Virus record (IMG/VR): IMGVR_UViG_3300029928_000001
Coordinates: 1-64,000 of that record
DNA: 64,000 bases
Source of the DNA: a virus
Taxonomy: Duplodnaviria > Caudoviricetes
Reading direction: 5' to 3' (one strand)
Part shown: one piece after another, positions 9,176 through 17,056 of the stretch
Position numbering within the stretch: the stretch's first letter is position 1
Layout: each line of letters starts with the position of its first letter
Notes under the pieces: model-generated
What the model saw: the letters and a program-made list of their open reading frames with translations, nothing else
Told to the model about the DNA's origin: nothing
Database searches by the model: none
Position numbers and translations under genes: made by a program

Positions 9176-9464
9176 GGGGGCGTAATGGTTTCGACGGGGC
9201 GGAGAACAACACAAAATCGCAGGTGTAATTCACCTTACGAATTAATTTTAAATATAAACGCAAAAAATAATTATAGACCTGTCTTAATGGCAGCGTAATT
9301 TCTCATCTTTCTTAGTTTCTATTGGTAAACTAAGTGGTGGTTGATGATAACCTTTACATTTTATAGTTCGTATTGGTTGGCTATAACCTAAATAGCCTAT
9401 TGCGTAAGTAATTTTTGTGATTAAGTATTCGTTGCGGACGTGGGTTCGATGCCCACCGCCTTCA
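9176..9464 (+). ncRNA. ssrA: tmRNA, tag (A)AKNNYRPVLMAA
   Basis: 5' GGGGGCGTAATGGTTTCGAC, 3' GGACGTGGGTTCGATGCCCACCGCCTTCA, G3-U70, ATAAAC-GCA resume at 9260, TAA 9296; no encoded CCA. Confidence 0.93.
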
Positions 9465-9526
9465 GGTAGCAATTTTTCAAAAACCTCCACGTGGTTGCTA
9501 CTGGGTCACGCTAATATTTGAAAAAT
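9465..9526 (+). ncRNA. Minimal HDV-like (theta) ribozyme at tmRNA 3' end
   Basis: P1 GGTAGCA/TGCTACT (G1-U), P2 TTTTTCAAA/TTTGAAAAA, P3 ACC/GGT, L3 TCCACGT, P1.1 GG, J4/2 GCTAA; G1 directly follows discriminator A9464. Confidence 0.85.
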
Positions 9527-9546
9527 TTAAAAAAATATGTTATAAT
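9518..9546 (+). promoter_or_regulatory. Promoter whose predicted start coincides with RNA module copy 4
   Basis: TTGAAA-17-TATAAT with TG; -35 overlaps ribozyme P2 strand. Confidence 0.75.
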
Positions 9547-9552
9547 AAATTA

Positions 9553-9700
9553 TAGACTTTAACAGCAAAATAACTTTAATTTATTTATAAGTAAGTTATA
9601 ATATTAAAACCTTGATGTCGGTGGTTCGAGCCCACTTCGGATAATATTTTTATTCGGTAGCTCAGTTGGAAGAGCGCAAGGCCAAAGGAATGAAGTCTAG
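9553..9700 (+). ncRNA. Stem-ACAGCAA module copy 4 carrying a circularly permuted tRNA-Phe-like domain (Y-RNA-like)
   Basis: TAGACTTT/GAAGTCTA-G stem; inside: CCTTG-ATGTC-T arm-TCGGATA-atatttt-TATTCGG-D arm-CAAGG (9610-9681). Confidence 0.8.
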
Positions 9701-9753
9701 TTTAATACCAAATCAGATGAAATGAGCTTAGGGTGAGCGCAAGCGAACCCTAA

Positions 9754-9898
9754 AAGACCTATACAGCAAATATTTCATATAGATGAAATTGGGAAAATTT
9801 TACAAGCCAGTATGTAAAAGTTTTAAGCGATACTAATTATGATGAGTTGATAGAGATAACGAATAATTAGTGCTAAAGTTCTCTTTATTTAGGTCTTG
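9754..9898 (+). ncRNA. Stem-ACAGCAA module copy 5 (multi-hairpin cargo)
   Basis: AAGACCTA-TACAGCAA...TAGGTCTT-G. Confidence 0.68.
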
Positions 9899-9906
9899 TT
9901 TAATAT

Positions 9907-9977
9907 TGGGGCGTCATTTAACGGTAAGATCTGACTCTCTAAAAGTCATGACCTGGGTTCGACTCCCAGCGCCCTCG
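9907..9977 (+). tRNA. Amber suppressor tRNA (anticodon CTA), Gln-like
   Basis: TGACT-CTCTAAA-AGTCA, anticodon 9939-9941; T1,G2,G3,G73 as in tRNA-Gln; no full CCA encoded. Confidence 0.92.
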
Positions 9978-9978
9978 C

Positions 9979-10030
9979 GGAACTAAGTCTAAAACCTTCT
10001 CGTGGTAGTTCTGTTTTTACTAATTTAGAC
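9979..10030 (+). ncRNA. Theta (minimal HDV-like) ribozyme at suppressor tRNA 3' end
   Basis: P1 GGAACT/AGTTCT, P2 GTCTAAA/TTTAGAC, P3 ACC/GGT, L3 TTCTCGT, J4/2 ACTAA. Confidence 0.85.
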
Positions 10031-10079
10031 AATTAGAACAGATAGTTCATCTGTTTTTCATTTCCTTTTTGTTTATTGA

Positions 10080-10147
10080 AAGACGATTACAGCAAAGTTA
10101 AAAGTAAGTTTATAATAATTCTACAAGAGAAAACTTTTATCGTCTTG
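10080..10147 (+). ncRNA. Stem-ACAGCAA module copy 6
   Basis: AAGACGAT-TACAGCAA...ATCGTCTT-G. Confidence 0.68.
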
Positions 10148-10157
10148 TTATTGATGA

Positions 10158-10234
10158 TGCAGAGTAGAGAAGTGGCTGTCTCATCAGGTTCATATCCTGA
10201 GTTATGCGTGGTTCGAATCCCGCCTCTGCAACCA
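10158..10234 (+). tRNA. tRNA-Met(CAT), initiator-like
   Basis: TCAGG-TTCATAT-CCTGA, A73, CCA. Confidence 0.85.
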
Positions 10235-10239
10235 ACATT

Positions 10240-10288
10240 AAGATACATACAGCAATTATTATATTTAATATTACGTTTTTGTATCTTG
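10240..10288 (+). ncRNA. Stem-ACAGCAA module copy 7 (minimal)
   Basis: AAGATACA-TACAGCAA...TGTATCTT-G. Confidence 0.65.
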
Positions 10289-10336
10289 TATTTTATATTT
10301 TTTAATTAAAAAATATTGGTGCGGTCGAAAAACCGA

Positions 10337-10426
10337 AAGACGCATAAACAGCAATTTTTAATTTTCTGGTCGAAAAAATATTCTACAAAAATGTTTTTGT
10401 GGTTCGATTCCACATTATGCGTCTTG
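10337..10426 (+). ncRNA. Stem-ACAGCAA module copy 8 with T-arm-like hairpin
   Basis: AAGACGCATAA/TTATGCGTCTT-G; TGTGG-TTCGATT-CCACA inside. Confidence 0.68.
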
Positions 10427-10446
10427 AAAAGGTAAAAAGTGTTAAA

Positions 10447-10480
10447 GGGTGAGGGTAATCTCACCCTTATTTTATTTTTT
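10447..10480 (+). terminator. Intrinsic terminator ending RNA island
   Basis: GGGTGAG/CTCACCC hairpin followed by T-rich tract. Confidence 0.7.
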
Positions 10481-10535
10481 ATAAAAAATATGATATAATA
10501 TATTATAAAGAAAATAAAAAAAAGGAAGTGATAAT

Positions 10536-11336
10536 ATGAATTTAAGATTTACCGAACATATAAAAGAAATACTAACCATTGAGCCTGCCGAAACAGTTGC
10601 CTATGTGGCGCTACAAGGCTCCCAAAATTATAACCTTCAATATGAAGGATCTGATGTAGACACAAAGGCAATTGTAACACCTACTCTTATGTCTATCGTA
10701 AAAAACCAAAAGATGAAGAGTTACACTCATGTGCGCGCCAATAATGAACATATTGATGTCAAGTCTGTAGCGCCTATGTTTAACTGTTTCCGCAAACAAA
10801 ACATTAATTTCGTTGAAATCCTTTTTACTGATTACTTTTGGATTAATGATTTATATAAAAATGAAATTCAAACTTTGCGCGATTCTGCTGAAGAGATTGC
10901 ACGAATGGATACTTATCAAGCCGTTAAGTGCATAAAAGGCATGGCATATGAAAAATATCATGCTTTACAACATCCTTATCCTGCAAAAGCACAAATTATT
11001 GCTGAGCATGGATATGATGGCAAACAACTTTCTCATATGGTAAGAATCGAAGAATTACTTAAAAAATATCTTGATGGAGTACCATATAAAAATTGCCTTA
11101 AAAGTGAACAACGAGAAAGGTTAATTATGTTAAAACAGCATGTACTTTCATTGGAAGAAGCTAAAGCAGTTGCTGTACGTACACTAACCCATATTGAAAC
11201 TTTAGCTGATAAATTTTGTACTTTCAATAGTAATAGAGAGGCTTATAAGAATCAAAAAACATTTGAATTATTAGATGAAATTCAATATGATATTATTCGT
11301 AAAGCTCTCGTGTATGAATTACAACAGGGGAGATAA
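10536..11336 (+). CDS. Pol-beta superfamily nucleotidyltransferase (RlaP-like)
   Basis: GSQNYNL...SDVD motif, YDGKQLSHMVR. Confidence 0.8.
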   Translation: MNLRFTEHIKEILTIEPAETVAYVALQGSQNYNLQYEGSDVDTKAIVTPTLMSIVKNQKMKSYTHVRANNEHIDVKSVAPMFNCFRKQNINFVEILFTDYFWINDLYKNEIQTLRDSAEEIARMDTYQAVKCIKGMAYEKYHALQHPYPAKAQIIAEHGYDGKQLSHMVRIEELLKKYLDGVPYKNCLKSEQRERLIMLKQHVLSLEEAKAVAVRTLTHIETLADKFCTFNSNREAYKNQKTFELLDEIQYDIIRKALVYELQQGR

Positions 11337-11408
11337 ACAAATCTCTCCTTTATTTTTTTAAAAAAATATGGTATAATATATTATATAAAAGATAAAAGGG
11401 TGATTAAT

Positions 11409-11615
11409 ATGAAATATCGGCGAAATTTTGAAACTCATGAATTTTATTGCCCAGAGTGTCATAGAAAAATATATGATATTCCTAGACGGATAGGGTATTT
11501 TAGAGAAAAAGGACATAGAAAAAATCTTTATTGTCCATGGTGTAAAAAAGTAACTAAATGCAAAGAAATCGGAACTATTGAAGAAGAGTATAAAAGAAGA
11601 GGGTGTTTAAAATGA
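11409..11615 (+). CDS. Small zinc-ribbon protein, bL33-like
   Basis: FYCPEC...GHRKNLYCPWCKKVTKCKE; paralog at 16235. Confidence 0.6.
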   Translation: MKYRRNFETHEFYCPECHRKIYDIPRRIGYFREKGHRKNLYCPWCKKVTKCKEIGTIEEEYKRRGCLK

Positions 11616-12352
11616 AGTGGAACAGAGCGTTCGTTAAAGGTGACTATCACGGTCAATTTAGAGGGCTTAAAGATTTTTGCGATGAGAAACATACAACAAC
11701 AGATGATTTACTTATTTGCTTAGGTGATGTGGGTTTAAATTATAATTTAAATGTATATGATGAGGAAAGAAAAAGATTTCTTTCTAAGATGCCAATTACA
11801 TTTTTAATGCTTCGCGGCAATCATGAGGCTCGTCCAGAGAGTATATCGACAATGCGCAAATGTTATGATAAAAGATTTAAATGTGAAGTTTATTATGAAC
11901 AAGATTATCCAAATATTTATTATATTAATTGTGATGTATTTAATCTTAATGGATTAAGATGTTTAGCTATCTCTGGTGCTTATTCAGTTGATAAAGAATA
12001 CCGTTTAATGATGGGGTATAAATGGTTCGCAGATGAACAGCCAACAGAAGAGGAAAAGGAATATGTGCGAAAAATCGTCAAAGAGAATCCTACATTCAAT
12101 TATATATTTTCGCACACTTGCCCTATTTCGCATGAACCTACTCATTTATTCTTAAATAATATTGACCAAAGTAAAGTTGATAAAACTACTGAATTATTTT
12201 TGGAAGAAATTTATCAACAAGTGCATATAGCGGAACAGGGCGAATGGCTATGTGGCCATTATCACTCCGACGAATGGCTCGGCGGGAAAATTCATATGCT
12301 TTTCCATGATTATTATTTGTTGTTAAAAAAGGAGAAGAATAAAAATGATTAA
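11612..12352 (+). CDS. Calcineurin-like metallophosphoesterase
   Basis: GDYHG, LGD, RGNHE, SHTCP, GHYH. Confidence 0.88.
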   Translation: MKWNRAFVKGDYHGQFRGLKDFCDEKHTTTDDLLICLGDVGLNYNLNVYDEERKRFLSKMPITFLMLRGNHEARPESISTMRKCYDKRFKCEVYYEQDYPNIYYINCDVFNLNGLRCLAISGAYSVDKEYRLMMGYKWFADEQPTEEEKEYVRKIVKENPTFNYIFSHTCPISHEPTHLFLNNIDQSKVDKTTELFLEEIYQQVHIAEQGEWLCGHYHSDEWLGGKIHMLFHDYYLLLKKEKNKND

Positions 12353-12527
12353 GACTTTAATTACACTTTTCTGTTTTATCTTTTTAGCTTTTTGCTATTG
12401 GATTTTTAATGACCCGCAAACTTGGTGGAGAATTTCTAAAATTGCTCGTGGAACTTTTGAATTAGTATGTTTTATCCTATGGGTACTAATTCTTGTATCT
12501 TTTGTAGTTCTTGTATGGTTAAATTAA
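12345..12527 (+). CDS. Small two-TM membrane protein
   Basis: AAGGAG RBS, two hydrophobic segments. Confidence 0.6.
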   Translation: MIKTLITLFCFIFLAFCYWIFNDPQTWWRISKIARGTFELVCFILWVLILVSFVVLVWLN

Positions 12528-12540
12528 ATGGGGTGGCAAT

Positions 12541-13302
12541 ATGAATTATTTTATTGACTTTGAAGCTAATAGTCCTTCTGGTGAAATTATTAGTATTGGT
12601 TGCGTAAGTGAGAATGGAGAAGAGTTTTATAGTTTAGTAAATTGTTCCACCCCTTTAGATAATTATGTAAAGAAAATTACTCATTTAAGACAAGAACAGA
12701 TTGATAAAGCTAAATTAATTGATACAGTTTTAGTTTCTTTTTTCTCTTGGCTTATGGCAACTAATAAAAAAGATTATTTTAATTGGAACGATACAAAATT
12801 TTATCATTATGGTTCAGAAGATACAAAATTTATTAAAGCAACTTTAAAAAATATTCAAAATAGTGTTAATTATGAACAATTTTCTGCGGTAATGACTAGA
12901 TGCGCAAATTATGATAAAGAAGTTCAAAAATTCTTTTCAATTAATCAACCAATTTCTTTAATTGCGGCAGCTAATTATTTTAAAACTGAGCCAGAAGAAC
13001 AAACTCATAACGCACTAGATGATGCTAAATTATTGAAATCAATTTTTGAAAATATTGATGGAAAAGAATCTATTGGTCCAGTTGATTTTACTTTTGATCA
13101 TAAAATCATTGTAAGAAAACATAAAAAGAAAAAAGAAATTGTAAAATATAAAACAGTTGATGAAGTATTAACTTTTTGTATGGCTAATATACCAGAAGAA
13201 TATCGTCATGACGATAAAATTAAAAATAGAATGCGCAATCGCCTTAAGAAAGCCATTATTCAAAAAACAAAATATTGTGGGTTTAACTGGAGTGTAGAAT
13301 AA
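12541..13302 (+). CDS. DEDDh 3'-5' exonuclease
   Basis: IDFEA, EIISIG, HNALDDA. Confidence 0.85.
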   Translation: MNYFIDFEANSPSGEIISIGCVSENGEEFYSLVNCSTPLDNYVKKITHLRQEQIDKAKLIDTVLVSFFSWLMATNKKDYFNWNDTKFYHYGSEDTKFIKATLKNIQNSVNYEQFSAVMTRCANYDKEVQKFFSINQPISLIAAANYFKTEPEEQTHNALDDAKLLKSIFENIDGKESIGPVDFTFDHKIIVRKHKKKKEIVKYKTVDEVLTFCMANIPEEYRHDDKIKNRMRNRLKKAIIQKTKYCGFNWSVE

Positions 13303-13552
13303 TGTCGAATGAATATAAAGATTATACAATGAATTAGTTGATATTATAAGTGACTTAAAAGATACTTTATTAATTGAATTAACTACAATTAAAGAACGAA
13401 AGGAATCTGGACTATATGATTGCCTTACAGAAAAAGCAATCGCGCAAGGCGAATTAAAAATTATTAATAAAGTTTTAAGGTGTTTAGATTCTGATATTGC
13501 AGATGAAATTACAACTACTATTGAAAGTGAAATTATGGAGGTTATGTTATAA
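13302..13552 (+). pseudogene. Small ORF with apparent 1-nt frameshift near 13320 (or assembly error)
   Basis: MSNEYK from coupled ATG stops early; another frame RLYNELVDIISD...EVML runs to TAA 13550 without its own start. Confidence 0.4.
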
Positions 13553-13716
13553 TGCCAACTAATTGTAAAACATATTTTGGAATACGAATAGATAAAATGT
13601 GGAACCAAATGTGGAATTTTGGTATTTGTTTGTCACATAATTCGAGAGAGACTTATTTATTTATCAATTTATTTAAAATTTCTATTTCTATTGGTAAATT
13701 AGCTAAATGGGAGTAA
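13552..13716 (+). CDS. Small hypothetical protein (54 aa)
   Basis: GGAGG RBS, TAATG coupling. Confidence 0.5.
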   Translation: MPTNCKTYFGIRIDKMWNQMWNFGICLSHNSRETYLFINLFKISISIGKLAKWE

Positions 13717-13720
13717 AAAT

Positions 13721-13879
13721 ATGGATAATGAAAAAGCATTAGAAATATTAAAAGGTAGATATTTACTTAACCAAAAATTAATTGAAGAACCTCAAAGTGA
13801 CTTTGATAAATTTGTATTAGAAGAAAATGAGGCTTTATTATTCGCGATAGAAGCCTTAAGAAAGGAAGTGAAAAAATAA
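13721..13879 (+). CDS. Small hypothetical protein (52 aa)
   Basis: GGGAG RBS, coupled to RNA ligase start. Confidence 0.55.
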   Translation: MDNEKALEILKGRYLLNQKLIEEPQSDFDKFVLEENEALLFAIEALRKEVKK

Positions 13880-15084
13880 TGGTAGGTAAAGATGGACAAA
13901 GAATGCTTTGTTACCCAGTAGTAATTGATGATATTATTCCAATCGTTGGCTCTGATAATTGCGAGTGCGCAGTCATCGGTGGTTGGAAGGTCATGGTCAA
14001 GAAAGGGCAATTTCAAAAAGGGCAAAAAGTGGTTTATTTTGAAGTTGATTCGCTTGTGCCAGCCGATAATGAAGCTTTTACTTTTATGAGTAAATATAAG
14101 TATAAAGTTAAAACTCAGCGTTATACTTTTGGCGGAAAAGGATTATTTTTCTCTCAAGGTTTAATTCTTGCTTTTGTGGATCTAGGGCTAAAAGAAGAAG
14201 ACTATGAAATTCACACTGATTTAACTAAGAAACTTGGAGTTAAATATTACGAAGTAGAAGATAATCAAAGAAAAGCAAACTTTGACCCATATCGTTCTAT
14301 GATGGATAGACATAAAAAGTTTTTTAGAAAGCCATGGGTTAAAAAAATTATGAGATATGCCGTTGGCAGAAAGATTATGTTTACTTTGTTCGGCAAGAAG
14401 AAAGATAATAAGAAGGGTTGGCCCGTCGGTCAGTTCCCCGGCGTATCAAAGACTGACCAAGAAAGGGTTGAATGCATGCCGTTTGTGCTCAATGATAAGA
14501 CTCCTTATATCGTCTCTCAAAAGTGCGACGGGTCGTCAGGTACGTTCATCCTTGAACGAAAAAAATTTGGCAAATATGAATTTTATGTTTGTTCTAGGAA
14601 TGTGCGTATGTTGCACGAAAGACAAGAATGCTTCTATGGGGCCGATAACTATTATTGGGAAGTAGCTAAGAAGTATGATATTGAAAATAAGATGAAACAA
14701 TGGTTAAAAGAAAATCCAACGGCAAAATGGATTTGCTGGCAAGGTGAAATTTGTGCGCCGGGTATCCAAAAAAATCCGCATAAGCTTACTGAAACTCATC
14801 TCTTTTGTTTTCATTGGACTGACAGCATTAACGGTCGTTTAGATTTAATTACTGCTAAGAAAGAATGGGAAAAGAGAGGAATGGAAGTAGTACCAATTAC
14901 TGATACTAATTTTATTCTTCCAAATGACATGGAAACTTTTAAGCTTCAAGCTGATGGTTTTTATGATGCTTCAGTTTGCGAAGGTAAAACTGATTGTGCG
15001 AGAGAAGGTTTTGTATATTACAAAACTACTGATCCAACTTTTAGCTTTAAAAACGTTTCAAGAACTTATCTTTTAAAACATTAA
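13879..15084 (+). CDS. ATP-dependent RNA ligase, DRB0094-like
   Basis: N-terminal OB-like VVYFEVDS domain, KTDQER, motif I KCDGSS, QGE, REGFV, SFK. Confidence 0.88.
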   Translation: MVGKDGQRMLCYPVVIDDIIPIVGSDNCECAVIGGWKVMVKKGQFQKGQKVVYFEVDSLVPADNEAFTFMSKYKYKVKTQRYTFGGKGLFFSQGLILAFVDLGLKEEDYEIHTDLTKKLGVKYYEVEDNQRKANFDPYRSMMDRHKKFFRKPWVKKIMRYAVGRKIMFTLFGKKKDNKKGWPVGQFPGVSKTDQERVECMPFVLNDKTPYIVSQKCDGSSGTFILERKKFGKYEFYVCSRNVRMLHERQECFYGADNYYWEVAKKYDIENKMKQWLKENPTAKWICWQGEICAPGIQKNPHKLTETHLFCFHWTDSINGRLDLITAKKEWEKRGMEVVPITDTNFILPNDMETFKLQADGFYDASVCEGKTDCAREGFVYYKTTDPTFSFKNVSRTYLLKH

Positions 15085-15105
15085 TGACAGAAAGGAATAA
15101 ATAAT

Positions 15106-15222
15106 ATGAAAATTTTAACCAAAGAATCTATTACAGCTCGTCTTGCTCGTCTTAGAGTAAATCCTATTGAAAATGAAAAACTTATTAAGAAATGGGAAAG
15201 AAAGTTAAGGAAATTTGCATGA
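15106..15222 (+). CDS. Small basic protein (38 aa)
   Basis: AAAGGA RBS; MKILTKESITARLARL... Confidence 0.5.
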   Translation: MKILTKESITARLARLRVNPIENEKLIKKWERKLRKFA

Positions 15223-15467
15223 AAATATACGCATTAAATGAAAAACAATTAAAAACATTAATTATTCAAGCTAATTCCTTTTTAGCTTTACAAACTGGTG
15301 AAGTAGATAATTGGTCATATTATTATGATTCTCTTGACGATGCTTACACTCAATGGGCCGAAGATTTAGGAATTAAAACTGAAGCTAAAGATCTTGATGA
15401 ATTAGAAGATTTAATTGCAGAAGAACAATTAAAAGAATACCCAATTATTGATTGGAAATTAGCATAA
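15219..15467 (+). CDS. Hypothetical protein
   Basis: ATGA overlap; GEVDNWSYY motif. Confidence 0.6.
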   Translation: MKIYALNEKQLKTLIIQANSFLALQTGEVDNWSYYYDSLDDAYTQWAEDLGIKTEAKDLDELEDLIAEEQLKEYPIIDWKLA

Positions 15468-15561
15468 GGGAGATAGATGAATCTCCCTTTTATTTTTTTG
15501 AAAAAATATGTTATAATATATTATAAAGAAAAATAAAAGTAAAAGATTGGAGCTGATATTT

Positions 15562-16251
15562 ATGAGTACATATTGTTTTTCAGATGTTCATGGACAATAT
15601 AATCTATGGAAACAAATTCAAAATTATCTTAAAGAAGATGATACATGTTATGTATTAGGAGATTGTATTGATCGTGGTTTAGATGGTTATCAAATTCTAA
15701 AAGAAGTATTAGAAGATAAAAAATGCATCTTTTTGCTAGGTAATCACGAAGATATGATGTTGCATTATTTCAAAACTGAAAGTCCATATGATAAACGTTT
15801 ATGGTTTTTAAATGGTGGTGAACCAACTTATAATGCTTGTAAAAATGATATAGATTTACACGATATTCTTCAAAAATTAGATTTAGCACCAAAAGAAATA
15901 ATGTATAAAAATATCCATTTAAGTCATGCGGGAATTGCTCCAGGTATCGAAGAACGAGACTTGCTTTGGGACAAAGATCATATTTATACTCGTTGGTTCA
16001 ATGAAGAAGGAATTGATTATGTAGTTCATGGACATACACCAGCAATGTATATTCAAGAAGAATTATTTAATCTTAAACTTTTTACTGGTAATGATTATGA
16101 TTATGCTTCTTATGAAGATGTAATGTGTAAATATTGTGAAGGGCATAAAATTTGTATTGATGGAAGAAGTGTATTATCTCATAAAATTGGTTTATTAGAT
16201 TTAGATACATTAGAATTAGCGGAGGTATTTAAAGATGCCGGTAGTAATTAA
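15562..16251 (+). CDS. Ser/Thr phosphatase-type metallophosphoesterase
   Basis: SDVHG, GDCIDRG, GNHE, HAG, HGHTP. Confidence 0.9.
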   Translation: MSTYCFSDVHGQYNLWKQIQNYLKEDDTCYVLGDCIDRGLDGYQILKEVLEDKKCIFLLGNHEDMMLHYFKTESPYDKRLWFLNGGEPTYNACKNDIDLHDILQKLDLAPKEIMYKNIHLSHAGIAPGIEERDLLWDKDHIYTRWFNEEGIDYVVHGHTPAMYIQEELFNLKLFTGNDYDYASYEDVMCKYCEGHKICIDGRSVLSHKIGLLDLDTLELAEVFKDAGSN

Positions 16252-16489
16252 TGAATTTTACTGCATTAATTGCGGTAATAAAGGAATAGATTTAGCTCGC
16301 AAAAAAGGGCATCAACATAAAGCAGGTCATTTAAAAAAATTATATTGTATACATTGTAGAAAAGTTTGTAATCATTATGAATGTCCAACTCCAGAAGATG
16401 TAATAAAATTTAAAGAAAAATTTAATAATGGTGATTTTATAGAATTAGCAAAAGAATCTATCAAACTATGTAAAAAGGAGGTATTTTAA
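16235..16489 (+). CDS. Small zinc-ribbon protein, bL33-like
   Basis: FYCINC...GHLKKLYCIHCRKVCNHYE. Confidence 0.65.
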   Translation: MPVVINEFYCINCGNKGIDLARKKGHQHKAGHLKKLYCIHCRKVCNHYECPTPEDVIKFKEKFNNGDFIELAKESIKLCKKEVF

Positions 16490-16956
16490 TGAAAGAATTA
16501 ATTTTAATGATGGGTATTCCTGGATCAGGAAAATCTACTTATTTAAAAGCAATAGTATCAAGTTCAATGGGAGAAATTGCTATCTCCAGAGATCAAATTA
16601 GATTTTCTATGATTGATGGAAAACAAAATTATTTTTCTAAAGAAAATGAAGTATTTAATGAATATATTAGACAAATCCAATCAGCTTTAGATAATCCAAA
16701 AATACATAGAGTTTATGCTGATGCGACTCAATTAACAGAAAAAAGTCGTTGTAAAGTTTTAGATAAATTGAAACTTGATAATATAAATATCAAAATTTAT
16801 TGGAAAAATACTCCTTTAAAACTTGCGCTTGAGCGCAATAAGAAACGGGAGGAAATTGCAGTTGTACCAGAATCGACAATTATTAGAATGTATAACTCGA
16901 TTCAAGACCCGCGCAAAGATACTAAATATAAATATAAAGAAGTGAGGTTAATTTAA
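16489..16956 (+). CDS. P-loop kinase (AAA_33 / polynucleotide kinase-like)
   Basis: GIPGSGKST, SRDQIR, DAT, RNKKR. Confidence 0.85.
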   Translation: MKELILMMGIPGSGKSTYLKAIVSSSMGEIAISRDQIRFSMIDGKQNYFSKENEVFNEYIRQIQSALDNPKIHRVYADATQLTEKSRCKVLDKLKLDNINIKIYWKNTPLKLALERNKKREEIAVVPESTIIRMYNSIQDPRKDTKYKYKEVRLI

Positions 16957-17056
16957 TGTATTACTTTAGATTTGCATTTCAATAAAAATGTAGGTCAAAA
17001 GTAATAAATATACAAAGAAGAAAAATAAAAATAATACGAAGGGAGGGATTATATAA

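Noticed and set aside
7993-9681. Permuted elements as genuine decoding permuted tRNA genes (algal/archaeal type)
   Set aside because: No convincing anticodon loop or bulge-helix-bulge can be rebuilt from the flanks, so they are treated as mimics; processing is not excluded
8087-10309. ORF-track calls overlapping tRNA/tmRNA genes (8087, 8125, 8135, 8503, 9284, 10076)
   Set aside because: Spurious frames across structured RNAs
7766-10426. ACAGCAA modules as a CRISPR array
   Set aside because: Irregular spacing, covarying rather than identical repeats, interspersed with tRNAs, no cas genes
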